Positions 1-8,661 of a stretch of 46,790 bases of DNA are shown piece after piece. Numbering within the stretch: the stretch's first letter is position 1; each line of letters opens with the position of its first letter. The translations under genes and the position numbers were made by a program. The notes beneath the pieces were generated by a model. That model was given only the letters and a program-made list of their open reading frames with translations, had not been told where the DNA came from and searched no databases. The DNA is taken from the IMG/VR virus record IMGVR_UViG_3300048579_000027, positions 1 to 46,790 of that record; one strand, 5' to 3'. This DNA comes from a virus.

Positions 1-127
1 AGGGGCCGCGCCCACAGGTGACCCAGAGGTGTGCAAGGAGTTCTGCGAATCGTCGGACGCCATCCGTGAGTGTTCCGTCATGTGATGCCCCAAGTAGCTC
101 ATTAGAGTCGCTTCCGGTTGACGCGGC
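1..127. repeat. Terminal overlap copy 1: identical to 46664-46790 (circular-assembly overlap, not a physical terminal repeat)
   Basis: Read directly: both ends spell aggggccgcgcccacaggtgaccc...cttccggttgacgcggc. The overlap lies inside coding sequence (3' end of the tail tubular A gene and 5' end of the next ORF). Confidence 0.9.
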
Positions 128-710
128 GGATGTGTGGGTTTTCGTGCATGGTGTCGTGCGAGGTTTCCGCTTCGGCTTGTTCGAGTCGGAGTCTCGCTGC
201 ATCCTCATCCGCCTTGGTGAACTGATAGACCTGCGATGAGGTCGTCTTGCCGTTCGCGAACCGCCGGCCTGCCTTGAGGGTCACGTACCAGCGCGCCGCC
301 TCAGGGAGTTCCTCAAAGTCCAGCGCAACGACAACATCGGCCTTCACGCTCTCGCCAATGATGTAGGTGTGCCCGCGAGTGTCGTAGAGTTTTCGGCCAC
401 GAATGGAGAGCCGCTTGCGGTGTGTCTCGGAGGTGTAAAGCTGGACAGCCTTGAGGACGTTCGCGGGGAGAAGAATCTCGCCGGCCTCATTGGGCTCCAA
501 GATGTATTCCACCTCGGTGTTCCAGTCCCAGCCTTCCTCTTGGGTTTCGCGGAGGGACTCCCCCAGGCGATTGAGCGCCGTTTCCGCGTCCGTGTTCATA
601 TCGGCGGAATCGAGGGAGGCGACGGGAGACGATGAGATGGTCTCAAGGAGCACGTTCGCCGCTTGGTGCAGCGTCGTGGGTCGCAAATAGTCAGCGAGCC
701 GTGAGGCCAT
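102..710 (-). CDS. Tail tubular protein A (T7 gp11-like)
   Basis: 202-aa ORF alignable by eye to T7 gp11 (EEGWDWN vs SRGWTFN; EELPEAARWYVTLKAGRRFAN vs [21 protein letters not shown]). It lies downstream of the capsid gene. Confidence 0.85.
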   Translation of the reverse strand: MASRLADYLRPTTLHQAANVLLETISSSPVASLDSADMNTDAETALNRLGESLRETQEEGWDWNTEVEYILEPNEAGEILLPANVLKAVQLYTSETHRKRLSIRGRKLYDTRGHTYIIGESVKADVVVALDFEELPEAARWYVTLKAGRRFANGKTTSSQVYQFTKADEDAARLRLEQAEAETSHDTMHENPHIRRVNRKRL

Positions 711-752
711 CTAATGGTCCCTATATGTATAATGTGCAGGAGGAGAAGAAAT

Positions 753-785
753 CCCCGGAGGCGGGGGCGACGGTAGCCTCCGGGG
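753..785 (-). terminator. Post-capsid intrinsic-terminator-like hairpin (T-phi analogue)
   Basis: Perfect 10-bp GC stem ccccggaggc (753-762) / gcctccgggg (776-785) with a 13-nt loop. On the minus-strand RNA it is followed by AUUUCUUCU. It sits between the capsid stop (828) and the gp11 start (710). Confidence 0.6.
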
Positions 786-827
786 ACCACGCGCTGCGAA
801 CGCTCAACGAGGTCGCAGCAACGATTC

Positions 828-1844
828 TTAGAACAGGTCCTTGTCGGGGTGGTTGGAGCCACGCAGCGACGTGGAGTCCGTGGTGGCCACCTCGAAAGCG
901 CACTCGGGGCGGAGCTTGCCGTGTCCGTTGAACTTGGACGCGATGAGCAAGGTTCCCAGCCGGTCGGCCTGATCCTTCATCACGACACGCAGGCCGCGCC
1001 GCGCGAGGGTGCCCACCGCCATCTGGTTGGAGATGTGGCCCATCACGTTGGTGAAGTTGCCTTGGTATTTCGCAAGGCCCGTCGTGACGTTCGTGCGGGG
1101 GATGTGGTTGGTGGCCTTGATGGCGATGCCGGCGAGCGGGCCAGCGGTGCCCTGCCCTCGGTTGCTGTTGCCGCTCCACTGCTTGTTGTCCAGCGAGGAG
1201 TATTTGGACAAGGCGAGGTATTGCGCCCATCCCATGCGGTAGCTCAGGGGGCCGCCGCCAACGTCGAACTGGCGAATCCACTGGACTGCCGCGAAGGCCG
1301 CAGCCTCCATGTGTGCCGGATCGGTCAGCACGTCAGCGTGGAAGTAGCCGTTGGGGAGCGGGCCACCGCCGAGTCGATAGTTGGCCTTGTCGCGACCGTA
1401 AGGGCGGTCCGTCACGCGGGACGCGAGGATGTGCATGATGGCGACTCGCCGGTCATACATCGTGGACAGCGATTGCCCGAGTTGCGTGGCGTAGGGACGC
1501 ATCACGTCGTAGTGGTTCATGAGTTCGTCCACTTCGGCAACGAACACCGCATCCACCACCATCTTGTCGAGGGAGATTTCGATGTCGTTGTGCTCGATGG
1601 AGCCGCCCAGGATGATTTCGCCCGGCTCGTGTTCCATGGCATCGCGCTTGCGGCCGATGATCGGGAACGTGTCCGCCTTACCCTGCGTGATGTTGCGGGT
1701 ATAGGTCAGCGACTCGTAGTCGTTGCCTTCCTCCCACGATTCCAGCACGAGGTTGCCGAACTCGGTGAGGAAAAGCTCTCGGTCGTCCGTGCCGGTATTC
1801 AGCCGCGCACCAGGACGCGAGCGTGCGTCGGTGTGTTCACTCAT
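828..1844 (-). CDS. Major capsid protein (T7 gp10-like)
   Basis: 338 aa. VAEVDELMNHYDVMRPYATQLGQSLS matches T7 gp10 IYDIEDAMNHYDVRSEYTSQLGESLA. GGAGAG SD upstream; position after the scaffold gene. Confidence 0.95.
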   Translation of the reverse strand: MSEHTDARSRPGARLNTGTDDRELFLTEFGNLVLESWEEGNDYESLTYTRNITQGKADTFPIIGRKRDAMEHEPGEIILGGSIEHNDIEISLDKMVVDAVFVAEVDELMNHYDVMRPYATQLGQSLSTMYDRRVAIMHILASRVTDRPYGRDKANYRLGGGPLPNGYFHADVLTDPAHMEAAAFAAVQWIRQFDVGGGPLSYRMGWAQYLALSKYSSLDNKQWSGNSNRGQGTAGPLAGIAIKATNHIPRTNVTTGLAKYQGNFTNVMGHISNQMAVGTLARRGLRVVMKDQADRLGTLLIASKFNGHGKLRPECAFEVATTDSTSLRGSNHPDKDLF

Positions 1845-2370
1845 CTGAGGAGACTCTCCTTGTTGTAGGGGGTAGGTCTAGGTCCGGTGTAACGGCGTCT
1901 TGGGCCGCCCTCGCTACATCCTCGGGCACCTGATCTGGTACCTTTCCGATGGCCTCCACCAAGCCAGCGAGGCGTCCCGGCATGAACAGGGATTTGCCCT
2001 GCTTGATGCCAAAGGTGGCGGCAAAGATGATGGCCCACCCGTACATGAACAGCGTGGGCGCTTGCGGGTCGAAACTTGCGAGGAGCTTGAAGCCCTCTGC
2101 GATGACCTCGCGCGGTCCCGGTATGAACACGCCGATGATGGGAACGGACCAAATTGCGATGAGGATTTCGTCACGCCACGTCTTGTCGAGAGGTGACGCC
2201 CATTTGAGGTCCCACTCGATTTGAGCTTTGGCGCGGTATGCAGCGAGTCCGACTTTCGCCCTCTCAGTGGCGAGTTCGGAGCGGTAGCGTGCTAGGCGAA
2301 GTGCCTTTCGATGGAGCCTCCATCTCCGCAGGGACACACCAAGGTCCCCGCAGAGTGGAATCCGGCTCAT
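1837..2370 (-). CDS. Membrane protein inserted between scaffold and capsid genes (holin-like, two hydrophobic helices)
   Basis: 177 aa. GGGAGAG SD before the ATG at 2370. Basic coiled N-terminus, then WRDEILIAIWSVPIIGVFIPG and LFMYGWAIIFAATFGI hydrophobic segments. 8-nt overlap with the capsid start. Confidence 0.55.
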   Translation of the reverse strand: MSRIPLCGDLGVSLRRWRLHRKALRLARYRSELATERAKVGLAAYRAKAQIEWDLKWASPLDKTWRDEILIAIWSVPIIGVFIPGPREVIAEGFKLLASFDPQAPTLFMYGWAIIFAATFGIKQGKSLFMPGRLAGLVEAIGKVPDQVPEDVARAAQDAVTPDLDLPPTTRRVSSDE

Positions 2371-2379
2371 GCTCTCCCG

Positions 2380-3333
2380 CTATTTCGATTTCTTCCCGGT
2401 GTACCAATCGGACGCCTTTAAGCGTCTCCGGTTTTCGTTGAGCAACTTCTGGTCACCCTTACCATTGTTGGCGTCGGTGGCCTTCTTGAAGTCCGCGCGG
2501 TACTCCGCGTGGTTCTTGTAGCCTTCCACCTCGCTCGCGCCTCCTGACGGCGCGCTGCCACCCGTTGAGGTCGTGCGGTTGGGAGACGTGCGGCGCGATT
2601 TGGGGTTCGCTGAGGAGAACCGGGACATGAGGAGGTCCACCGCATCGTTGCGAGACTCCGTGTCGCCGCTATGGATCGCCTTGTTGAACTTCGCTGCGGC
2701 TTCCTTGGAGTATCCGCCGGATCGCGCCCATACGAGGGCGTCCTGGTAGCGCTCGTTGCCGCCCGCACGCTCAGTGATTTCCATCGCGTTGATGCGAGCC
2801 TTGGCGACTTCTCCACGCTCAACCGACTTGGCCATCTCGCGGGAGATGCCCTTCGACTCCAAGAACTTGTAGGTGCCCTCCGAAAGGGCCCCCGTTGCGG
2901 AGTCATTATCCTTGATGTTGGCCGCCCAGTCGGCGGAGAGGGCTTCCATGTTGAGTGCGCCGCCTTCCTGGGTGAAGCGCTTCTCGTAGGCCTGCACCAC
3001 ATCCGCTTTCGCACCGTCGAACTCGGGGAGTGCCTCAGGGGCCCCCTTCCCGTCATCCTCGCCGGCTGCTTCCTTGTCGCCGTCCTTGTTGGCGGCGAGT
3101 TCGGCACGCTCCTCCTCGGAGAGGTCAAGGTCGCTGTCGTCCTCGCGGACCGGCGCATCAGCCCCAACCTCAGCGGTGAGACCGCCCGTGCGTTCGCGGT
3201 GAACAGCCGGCTTGTCCTGCCCGTGCGGGAGCGGCGTTCCGAGTTCAACGGAGAGTCCTGCTCGCCCGCCAACCTGGGTTTCCGGTGCAAGGGTCTCGGC
3301 GGCGAACTTGTTGGTGTTCGTCGTGTCGTTCAA
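2380..3333 (-). CDS. Scaffolding protein (T7 gp9 position)
   Basis: 317 aa, strongly charged/acidic and low complexity. Lies between the portal and capsid genes. ATGA overlap with the portal stop. Confidence 0.6.
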   Translation of the reverse strand: MNDTTNTNKFAAETLAPETQVGGRAGLSVELGTPLPHGQDKPAVHRERTGGLTAEVGADAPVREDDSDLDLSEEERAELAANKDGDKEAAGEDDGKGAPEALPEFDGAKADVVQAYEKRFTQEGGALNMEALSADWAANIKDNDSATGALSEGTYKFLESKGISREMAKSVERGEVAKARINAMEITERAGGNERYQDALVWARSGGYSKEAAAKFNKAIHSGDTESRNDAVDLLMSRFSSANPKSRRTSPNRTTSTGGSAPSGGASEVEGYKNHAEYRADFKKATDANNGKGDQKLLNENRRRLKASDWYTGKKSK

Positions 3334-5066
3334 AGTGCGGCCTCCTCATTGGCTTGTGGCGGTGCGGCCCCGAGTTCACCCTCGGAGGGTGACTGCTGTT
3401 GCTGCTGGGGGGCCATGGCGGGTATTGCCTTTGCGGCAGCACTGATTGCAGGCCCCGTGCCTTTCTCAAGCATGGTTTGCCGCATAGAGTTGTTCTGCTG
3501 CTGCGCTTCAAAGTCTTTCTGCGCTGCTGGTGTTCGCACGAGGCCGTCCATCGGCACTGACTCGTGCATGTACACGCGGCGTACCAAGTCATGCATATTG
3601 ACGTACTGGAGGCTAGCGCCCTTCGTGAGTTCAACGTGAGACTTGGTGGCGCGCACGAGGTTTTGTCCCGCGACGGTGCGCCCCTGCGCTTCCAACCCAG
3701 TGACCACGGCAGCGCGAAATACGCCTTCGGGCAGCTTGGGGAGGTTCTTGTCCTCCTCGTAATGAAGCGCCACCGCACGACGAACCACATGACGCTGCGT
3801 GGTCTGGGCAATCTCGGAGTAGAGGCCGCCCGTGGCTTGGTCCAACTCCATGGCCATCCGCGAGAACTCCTCAGCGGTGACACGCTCCGCATCACGCTGG
3901 ATGGAGGAGATGTTGAGGAACGCTCTAGCGAGTCGCCGTGCTGCCGCCTCGATGTTGTTAGAGACGAACTGGAAGTCGCGTTGCTTGTGGGTGAGGTCTG
4001 GACCTGCGGTGATGTCGGTTGCGTCACCAACCATCATGCTGAGGTTGCCGGCCTTCTTAAGCTGGCGCGCGGATGTGCGGGAGCCCGGCTTGAGGAACAG
4101 CCACAGGAGAGACGCCATGGAGGAGCCGTCATTGAGGCTAGCCGAGTGGCCTTCCACCAAGAGGAGGTCCCCTTCGTATTCCTCGCAGTACGAGCGCCCC
4201 CAGTTCTGTTTGTAAACGGGAATCATCCACGCGGCGTAAAGGGGCGGCTTGTCGAAGTCCGTCTCCACCTCGGTGTCCGTTATGAGTTCGCCCTCGAACT
4301 CCTCCCAGTATTCCCATGCGTATGCCTTGCTGGGGTCGGTGCGGACGTTGTGGCCTTTCGCACGCACCCTTTTGCACACCGCGTAAATGTCAGCCTTGCG
4401 CTCGTATTCCTTTTGCTCCTTTAGCTCGGGCTTCATCGCAAGGATCATGTCCCGGATGTCGTCCTCCAGGTCCATCACGAGCTTGCTACGCTTGAGGATG
4501 ACGTAAAGTTGTTCACCCTCATCGTTACGCTGTACCACGTAGCAGTCTGGAAGGTGGTACAGCGGCGAGTCCATGCGGATGTGCTCCCACAGGGAGTTGC
4601 CGGCTACGATGAGGACTTTGAGGAATCCCGTATAGGCCGCCCGGATGTTCGTGGCCTCAAGTCGGCTCTTGTGCTCCAACTCCAGGCGCGACAAGGCAAT
4701 CTGCACCTCGGTCCACAACTCCGGGTTCTGGTCAATGTCCGCGCGGAGTTTGTGCTCGATGGGCTCGTATCGCAGGATTGGGCGCTCGGGGGGAAACGCC
4801 ATGAACTGGATCTTGGAGGCCAGCGTGTTGAGACACAGAGCCCCGATGCTTTGGTTCTTCTCCCCGGAGTCGTCACCCGTCTTGTATCCCAGCGGAGGAA
4901 ACACGGAGGGTACCGTAATTTCCGCCATCTTGCGGCCCTTCGACACGACGGCTTCACGGTCCTTTGAGAGGTGCGTGTAGAGTTCGTGCGCGGGGCACCC
5001 GAGAGAATACGGGCCTGTGCGGGCCACCGTTGAGTGGTCCGCCGCGTTGGTGCCGTCCTGGTACAT
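3330..5066 (-). CDS. Portal (head-tail connector) protein, T7 gp8-like
   Basis: 578 aa. ITVPSVFP / LNTLASKIQFMAFP match T7 gp8 YTIPSLFP / LNNLASKLMLALFP. Confidence 0.93.
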   Translation of the reverse strand: MYQDGTNAADHSTVARTGPYSLGCPAHELYTHLSKDREAVVSKGRKMAEITVPSVFPPLGYKTGDDSGEKNQSIGALCLNTLASKIQFMAFPPERPILRYEPIEHKLRADIDQNPELWTEVQIALSRLELEHKSRLEATNIRAAYTGFLKVLIVAGNSLWEHIRMDSPLYHLPDCYVVQRNDEGEQLYVILKRSKLVMDLEDDIRDMILAMKPELKEQKEYERKADIYAVCKRVRAKGHNVRTDPSKAYAWEYWEEFEGELITDTEVETDFDKPPLYAAWMIPVYKQNWGRSYCEEYEGDLLLVEGHSASLNDGSSMASLLWLFLKPGSRTSARQLKKAGNLSMMVGDATDITAGPDLTHKQRDFQFVSNNIEAAARRLARAFLNISSIQRDAERVTAEEFSRMAMELDQATGGLYSEIAQTTQRHVVRRAVALHYEEDKNLPKLPEGVFRAAVVTGLEAQGRTVAGQNLVRATKSHVELTKGASLQYVNMHDLVRRVYMHESVPMDGLVRTPAAQKDFEAQQQNNSMRQTMLEKGTGPAISAAAKAIPAMAPQQQQQSPSEGELGAAPPQANEEAAL

Positions 5067-5093
5067 TATGTGATTGACGCGATGAGGTGAGGG

Positions 5094-5321
5094 CTAGATG
5101 TCGAGCCCGGAGCCGCCAGTGAGTCCACCTTGAACGCTGCGGTCAACGCGGGTGGTAGGGCCGCGCTTGCCGAACGTTGAGGTTTCTTCGCGCTTGCGGG
5201 CTGCGGTAAGCGAGGTTTCATCCGGCGGTTCTGCTGCGGGTGCCGCTGCGGGAGCCGGCACCACGGAAGGCTGCTGCTGCTGCGTTGGGGTGTCGTCACG
5301 TGAACTGCCAATGCTGCACAT
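5094..5321 (-). CDS. Hypothetical P/A/Q-rich protein (gp7.x position)
   Basis: 75-aa ORF on the coding strand, 3 nt after the upstream stop and immediately before the portal gene. Confidence 0.4.
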   Translation of the reverse strand: MCSIGSSRDDTPTQQQQPSVVPAPAAAPAAEPPDETSLTAARKREETSTFGKRGPTTRVDRSVQGGLTGGSGLDI

Positions 5322-5324
5322 ATG

Positions 5325-5528
5325 TCACATCTCCAGATTATCGAGGTAGCTTCCGGTTTGCTTCACGGTGGGCACAGAAGTTTTGCCCTGCGGCGCAACG
5401 GGAACGCTTTCCTTGTTGGTGGGTGCGGCCACTATCTCAGCGGAGGCCATCGCTTCCTCAGGAGTGTAGGCCGGCGAGTTCGTTGGTGCGACGGGCTGCG
5501 TGTTCGGCACCTTTACGCCCATGCACAT
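5325..5528 (-). CDS. Hypothetical protein
   Basis: 67-aa ORF on the coding strand, tightly packed with its neighbours. Confidence 0.4.
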   Translation of the reverse strand: MCMGVKVPNTQPVAPTNSPAYTPEEAMASAEIVAAPTNKESVPVAPQGKTSVPTVKQTGSYLDNLEM

Positions 5529-5530
5529 GG

Positions 5531-5806
5531 CTAGAGCGCTGCGTTGGTGCGGACCAGACTCGCGGCGAGCCGGTTGGCGTCCTTCTCCATCGCGGTGAGG
5601 ATGACCTCCATGGCTTCCATGAAGGAACCCCGCGCGTTCACCTCCGCCGGCTCATCTCCCTGGGGCGCTCCGGTGAGTGCCGACTCGTTGGCCTCACCCA
5701 CGTGCATGGCGCTGCGGAGAGTTTCCCCAACGTGGACCATGCGGCGGAGAATTGCCTCAGCGCGGGTCGGGGAGGTGTCGGCCTTGTTTCGATTCTTTGA
5801 GCCCAT
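5531..5806 (-). CDS. Hypothetical protein
   Basis: 91-aa ORF on the coding strand, tightly packed. Confidence 0.5.
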   Translation of the reverse strand: MGSKNRNKADTSPTRAEAILRRMVHVGETLRSAMHVGEANESALTGAPQGDEPAEVNARGSFMEAMEVILTAMEKDANRLAASLVRTNAAL

Positions 5807-5811
5807 CGGTG

Positions 5812-6108
5812 CTAATCCTTTATGAGTGCTTCGCTCGCTTGGATGATTTCGAGTTCGTCCATCTCCTCATCGGTGAGGGACAAGTCCGTGCGGACGCTTC
5901 CTGGAACGCGACTGCGGAGGATCGTGATGAGGTCCACCGCGCCCGCATACCGGATGTGGTCCTCGATGGACTCGTGGCGCTCGATCACGCGGTTAGGAAA
6001 CGCCTTCTCCAGCCACGCCACCTGGGCGTCCGTGAAGATTGGCCATTCCGCCTCGGGACCTACGAGGTTCTCCACCAAGCGCGGGCTCACGTGCTCAGGA
6101 AGCGCCAT
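5812..6108 (-). CDS. Hypothetical acidic protein
   Basis: 98-aa ORF overlapping the upstream gene by 14 nt. Confidence 0.55.
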   Translation of the reverse strand: MALPEHVSPRLVENLVGPEAEWPIFTDAQVAWLEKAFPNRVIERHESIEDHIRYAGAVDLITILRSRVPGSVRTDLSLTDEEMDELEIIQASEALIKD

Positions 6109-6700
6109 AAGCGAACTCCTCTTTGAGGCACGCCTCGATGTTTGACTTGTAGGGCTTCCACCAATCGGGGTCCCCTAGCCTCCGCTTGCACTCCATGATG
6201 ACGCAGCGGATGGCTTTTGAATAATCAATGCGGATGTCTGCATGCTTGTACGGAGCGCGGAGGGTGTACTTGACGAAATTGGACTCAAGGAAAGTCAGTT
6301 CGTTGGTCGCGCAGAAGTACACGGGCTCAATCTTGAAGCGGTTGTAGTGGTTCGGCATAACCACCACGTCGCTGGGGAGAGCGCTTGCAGGTTTGCTCAT
6401 CGGCACCGCGTTGAGGACTTCGCGCCGTTTCGCTCGATGCCTTCGCATCATTCGGTCGGCCTGCGGATTCTCTCCGAACACCCGGTTGAGTTCCTCCTGG
6501 ATGAGGTCATCCGTTGCGAGGTCCTCGGGGGATGGGCGGAGCGGGTCGAACTTCATGGGCGGGTGGTGCTCGAACTGTGCGACGAATGGAGTCGGAGGTG
6601 CGGGCCGCTCGCTTTGCGCCCTTCGGCAGTACACCCCGTGCTTCCCCGCTTGCGTGCAGGAGAAATTCTTGCAGGTACAAGGCTCAAGATGCGCGGCCAT
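6095..6700 (-). CDS. DUF3310-like phage protein with Cys-rich N-terminal extension
   Basis: 201 aa. The C-terminal HYNRFKIEPVYF...NFVKYTLRAPYKH...DYSKAIRCV fits the DUF3310 pattern as I recall it. The N-terminus has CTCKNFSCTQAGKHGVYC. Confidence 0.6.
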   Translation of the reverse strand: MAAHLEPCTCKNFSCTQAGKHGVYCRRAQSERPAPPTPFVAQFEHHPPMKFDPLRPSPEDLATDDLIQEELNRVFGENPQADRMMRRHRAKRREVLNAVPMSKPASALPSDVVVMPNHYNRFKIEPVYFCATNELTFLESNFVKYTLRAPYKHADIRIDYSKAIRCVIMECKRRLGDPDWWKPYKSNIEACLKEEFAYGAS

Positions 6701-7594
6701 TCAGTTAGGCACCCAGAGTTTCACCGCTCCGGTCTCCCTGTCGTATTCGCCGGCCCTGAGGATGCGCGCGAGGCGAGCGTTAAGGAGCGCCTCCGCTTCA
6801 TCCCGTCCCGCCTTCTCGTAGTGAGTCACGATGCAGCGCCACATGGAGTCGGTGGGCTTGCTAACCCATTTGGTGGTCGCCTGACCTTTGCGCGCTCCAC
6901 GAGTCACAACGCCGTGCTCGGGGACTAGCTCCTTGGGGTCGGAGAGGATGCGCTTGGAGCGCTCCATGCCGATGCCGGGGCAACCTGCGTAGCCGTCCAC
7001 GCGGTCGCCCGCGAGGGATTGCACCATGTGGAACCAGTTCGCGTAGTCCTCGGTGACTTCGCGGATGATAGGCTTGCCAGCGTGGTTCACGTCGCGCCCC
7101 ATCTGGTGGTGGAAGCCGGGGATGGTGTCGAAGTCTTTATCCTTGCCAACCACTACGGTCTTGCCGGGGTATTCCTTCGGCGCGGTCGCGAGGATGCCTA
7201 GAACGTCGTCCGCTTCGAGTCCCGCCCAGTGACTCGCGGAGTATTTGGTGCGGAGATATTCCTTGAGCCGCCCTAGAAGCAGCGGACGCACCTTGGTGGA
7301 GGACTGCTCATCGTCGCCCCACTCATCGCGGTTCGTCTTGTAGCTAGCCGCGAGTTCGATGCGCCACGAGCCTGCGGGGTCCGACAAATAGACTTGCATC
7401 CCGGTGGCGTGGAGGTCGCGATATAGTCCGAGGAGGATGTTGTCCACCACGGCCTCGCCCTCGGTGACATTCGCGAAGGGCATCACGTACCCGTGGAAGT
7501 CCTCCATGGTTTTCTGCACGGCCGCCGCTGCACGATACGCAACGGTGTCGCCGTCAATCAGGAGCGTAACTTCCTCACGCTCACGGCCTGCCAT
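6701..7594 (-). CDS. 5'-3' exonuclease (T7 gp6-like, FEN family)
   Basis: LLIDGDTVAY, GKDKDFDTIPG, GDRVDGYAGCPGIG and ARLARILRAGEY parallel T7 gp6 (VMDGDWLVF, CDKDFKTIP, GDITDGYSGIAG, QMARILRFNEY). Start set at the ATG at 7594 rather than the track's long upstream extension. Confidence 0.9.
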   Translation of the reverse strand: MAGREREEVTLLIDGDTVAYRAAAAVQKTMEDFHGYVMPFANVTEGEAVVDNILLGLYRDLHATGMQVYLSDPAGSWRIELAASYKTNRDEWGDDEQSSTKVRPLLLGRLKEYLRTKYSASHWAGLEADDVLGILATAPKEYPGKTVVVGKDKDFDTIPGFHHQMGRDVNHAGKPIIREVTEDYANWFHMVQSLAGDRVDGYAGCPGIGMERSKRILSDPKELVPEHGVVTRGARKGQATTKWVSKPTDSMWRCIVTHYEKAGRDEAEALLNARLARILRAGEYDRETGAVKLWVPN

Positions 7595-8132
7595 AAATGT
7601 CTGCCTCACGGTCGAATAGCTGGAGGATGTTCGTGTGAACGTCATCCGATGTCTGGAGTTCGTAGACCTTGCCGCGCGAGAACCGGATGGCTTCCGAGAG
7701 GATTGGAAGGTCCAGTGCCTTACTCTCGGCTTCGCTTTGATTGCGGCCATAGGTGCGGTACGGGCGCTTCGGATCACGCCTTAGGTAAATGTCCACGTTG
7801 TGGTACCGCGCACGCATAGCCTCGATGAGTTCGCGGAGCGTCCCTACTCCCGATGAGGCATACACAGGGCCCATGCCGATGGGGGAGTCGGTGACGATGA
7901 AGTTCACCTTGCCGATAAGACGGAAGCAGCGGTGCTCCTGCATGGCGGTGACATAGAATTGGTCCGCAAGCGCTCGCATGTTTTCCTCGTAGGTGAGGTC
8001 CTTTGCGAACTCGGTCACTTCCTCCACGAGGTCGCCTCGCGCCTTCATCATGTTAAAGAGGCGAGCGCGAAGGGAGGACTTCCCAACCCCCGGTGCGGCC
8101 CAGAGGTTGAGAAGGAACGGACGGTCGAACAT
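7581..8132 (-). CDS. P-loop NTPase/kinase-like protein
   Basis: Walker A AAPGVGKSS near the N-terminus. Start taken at the ATG at 8132 (MFDRPF), which overlaps the upstream stop as TAATG. Confidence 0.6.
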   Translation of the reverse strand: MFDRPFLLNLWAAPGVGKSSLRARLFNMMKARGDLVEEVTEFAKDLTYEENMRALADQFYVTAMQEHRCFRLIGKVNFIVTDSPIGMGPVYASSGVGTLRELIEAMRARYHNVDIYLRRDPKRPYRTYGRNQSEAESKALDLPILSEAIRFSRGKVYELQTSDDVHTNILQLFDREADIYGRP

Positions 8133-8329
8133 TAGCGGCGGGTGACCTTCGCCCAACCCTTCGTCCACTGCTCCAGAACCCAGAGCTTGAACGGGAGGAA
8201 CGTGTCAGGGCTAAACTCCGCCCAGAGGACGCACCCGCCCACGATGAACATGAGGATGAGCCCCAAGCCCGGAGCCCACACGGCGAGCACGAGTAGAAGA
8301 ATCGTGGCGAGAGCGATAAACACGATCAT
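8132..8329 (-). CDS. Small membrane protein
   Basis: 65 aa with two hydrophobic helices (IVFIALATILLLVLAVWA, LGLILMFIVGGCVLWA). Confidence 0.5.
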   Translation of the reverse strand: MIVFIALATILLLVLAVWAPGLGLILMFIVGGCVLWAEFSPDTFLPFKLWVLEQWTKGWAKVTRR

Positions 8330-8333
8330 GGAA

Positions 8334-8555
8334 TTACTTGCGGCCTCCGAGGTGGTGATGCCTTAGGGCGTAGAGCCCCTCAGCGGTTATGTGCCAGTCC
8401 CGCCCATAGGTGCGCCCGTCCGGGTGGATCACGGAGAGCCACCCTACGGATGCAGCAAAGGCTACGGCGAAACGGAATTGTCGTGCGTAGTTGGACTCTA
8501 TACGGAATGGGGCCAGCCACGCGGCTTCACAGGATTCCCAGACGGCGGGATGCAC
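8334..8555 (-). CDS. Hypothetical protein (start uncertain)
   Basis: Distal part of the 215-aa track ORF that does not overlap the DNA polymerase. Provisional GTG start at 8555. A competing 54-aa ORF (8498-8662, ATG overlapping the DNAP stop) exists. Confidence 0.3.
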   Translation of the reverse strand: MHPAVWESCEAAWLAPFRIESNYARQFRFAVAFAASVGWLSVIHPDGRTYGRDWHITAEGLYALRHHHLGGRK

Positions 8556-8661
8556 CTGTCCAATGTAGCCCGCTCCGGTGAACGCCCTTGAGCGGCCCAG
8601 ATGCTTAGGACTCCCAGAGCGTAGACCGTTGCGAGAATCGTCCCGATGCCCGACGTTCGCA

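Noticed and set aside
1-127. The end duplication as a genuine T7-style direct terminal repeat.
   Set aside because: It lies within coding sequence at the gp11/next-gene junction rather than in the non-coding region between the terminase end and the early genes. Its length equals a common assembler k-mer.
718-735. T7-promoter-like string on the minus strand (acattatacatatagggacc, containing TATAGGGA) just after the terminator and before gp11.
   Set aside because: It occurs only once. I could not find further copies of this or any other roughly 20-nt consensus upstream of other gene blocks, so a phage-RNAP promoter cannot be claimed from it.
721-1281. Possible T7 gene 10A/10B-style frameshift extension of the capsid protein into the alternative frame that runs past the capsid stop.
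   Set aside because: I saw no slippery heptamer near the capsid 3' end. The extension would read through the terminator hairpin and gives an implausible Ser/Cys-rich tail.
849-1868. 339-aa plus-strand ORF. Similar long plus-strand ORFs occur at 2671-3639, 16450-17523, 27884-29080, 44468-45091 and elsewhere.
   Set aside because: Each lies antisense to a minus-strand gene with clear T7-family homology (capsid, scaffold, SSB, terminase, gp12). Their translations are Arg/Gly/Val/His-rich low-complexity strings, typical of shadow frames in GC-rich DNA.
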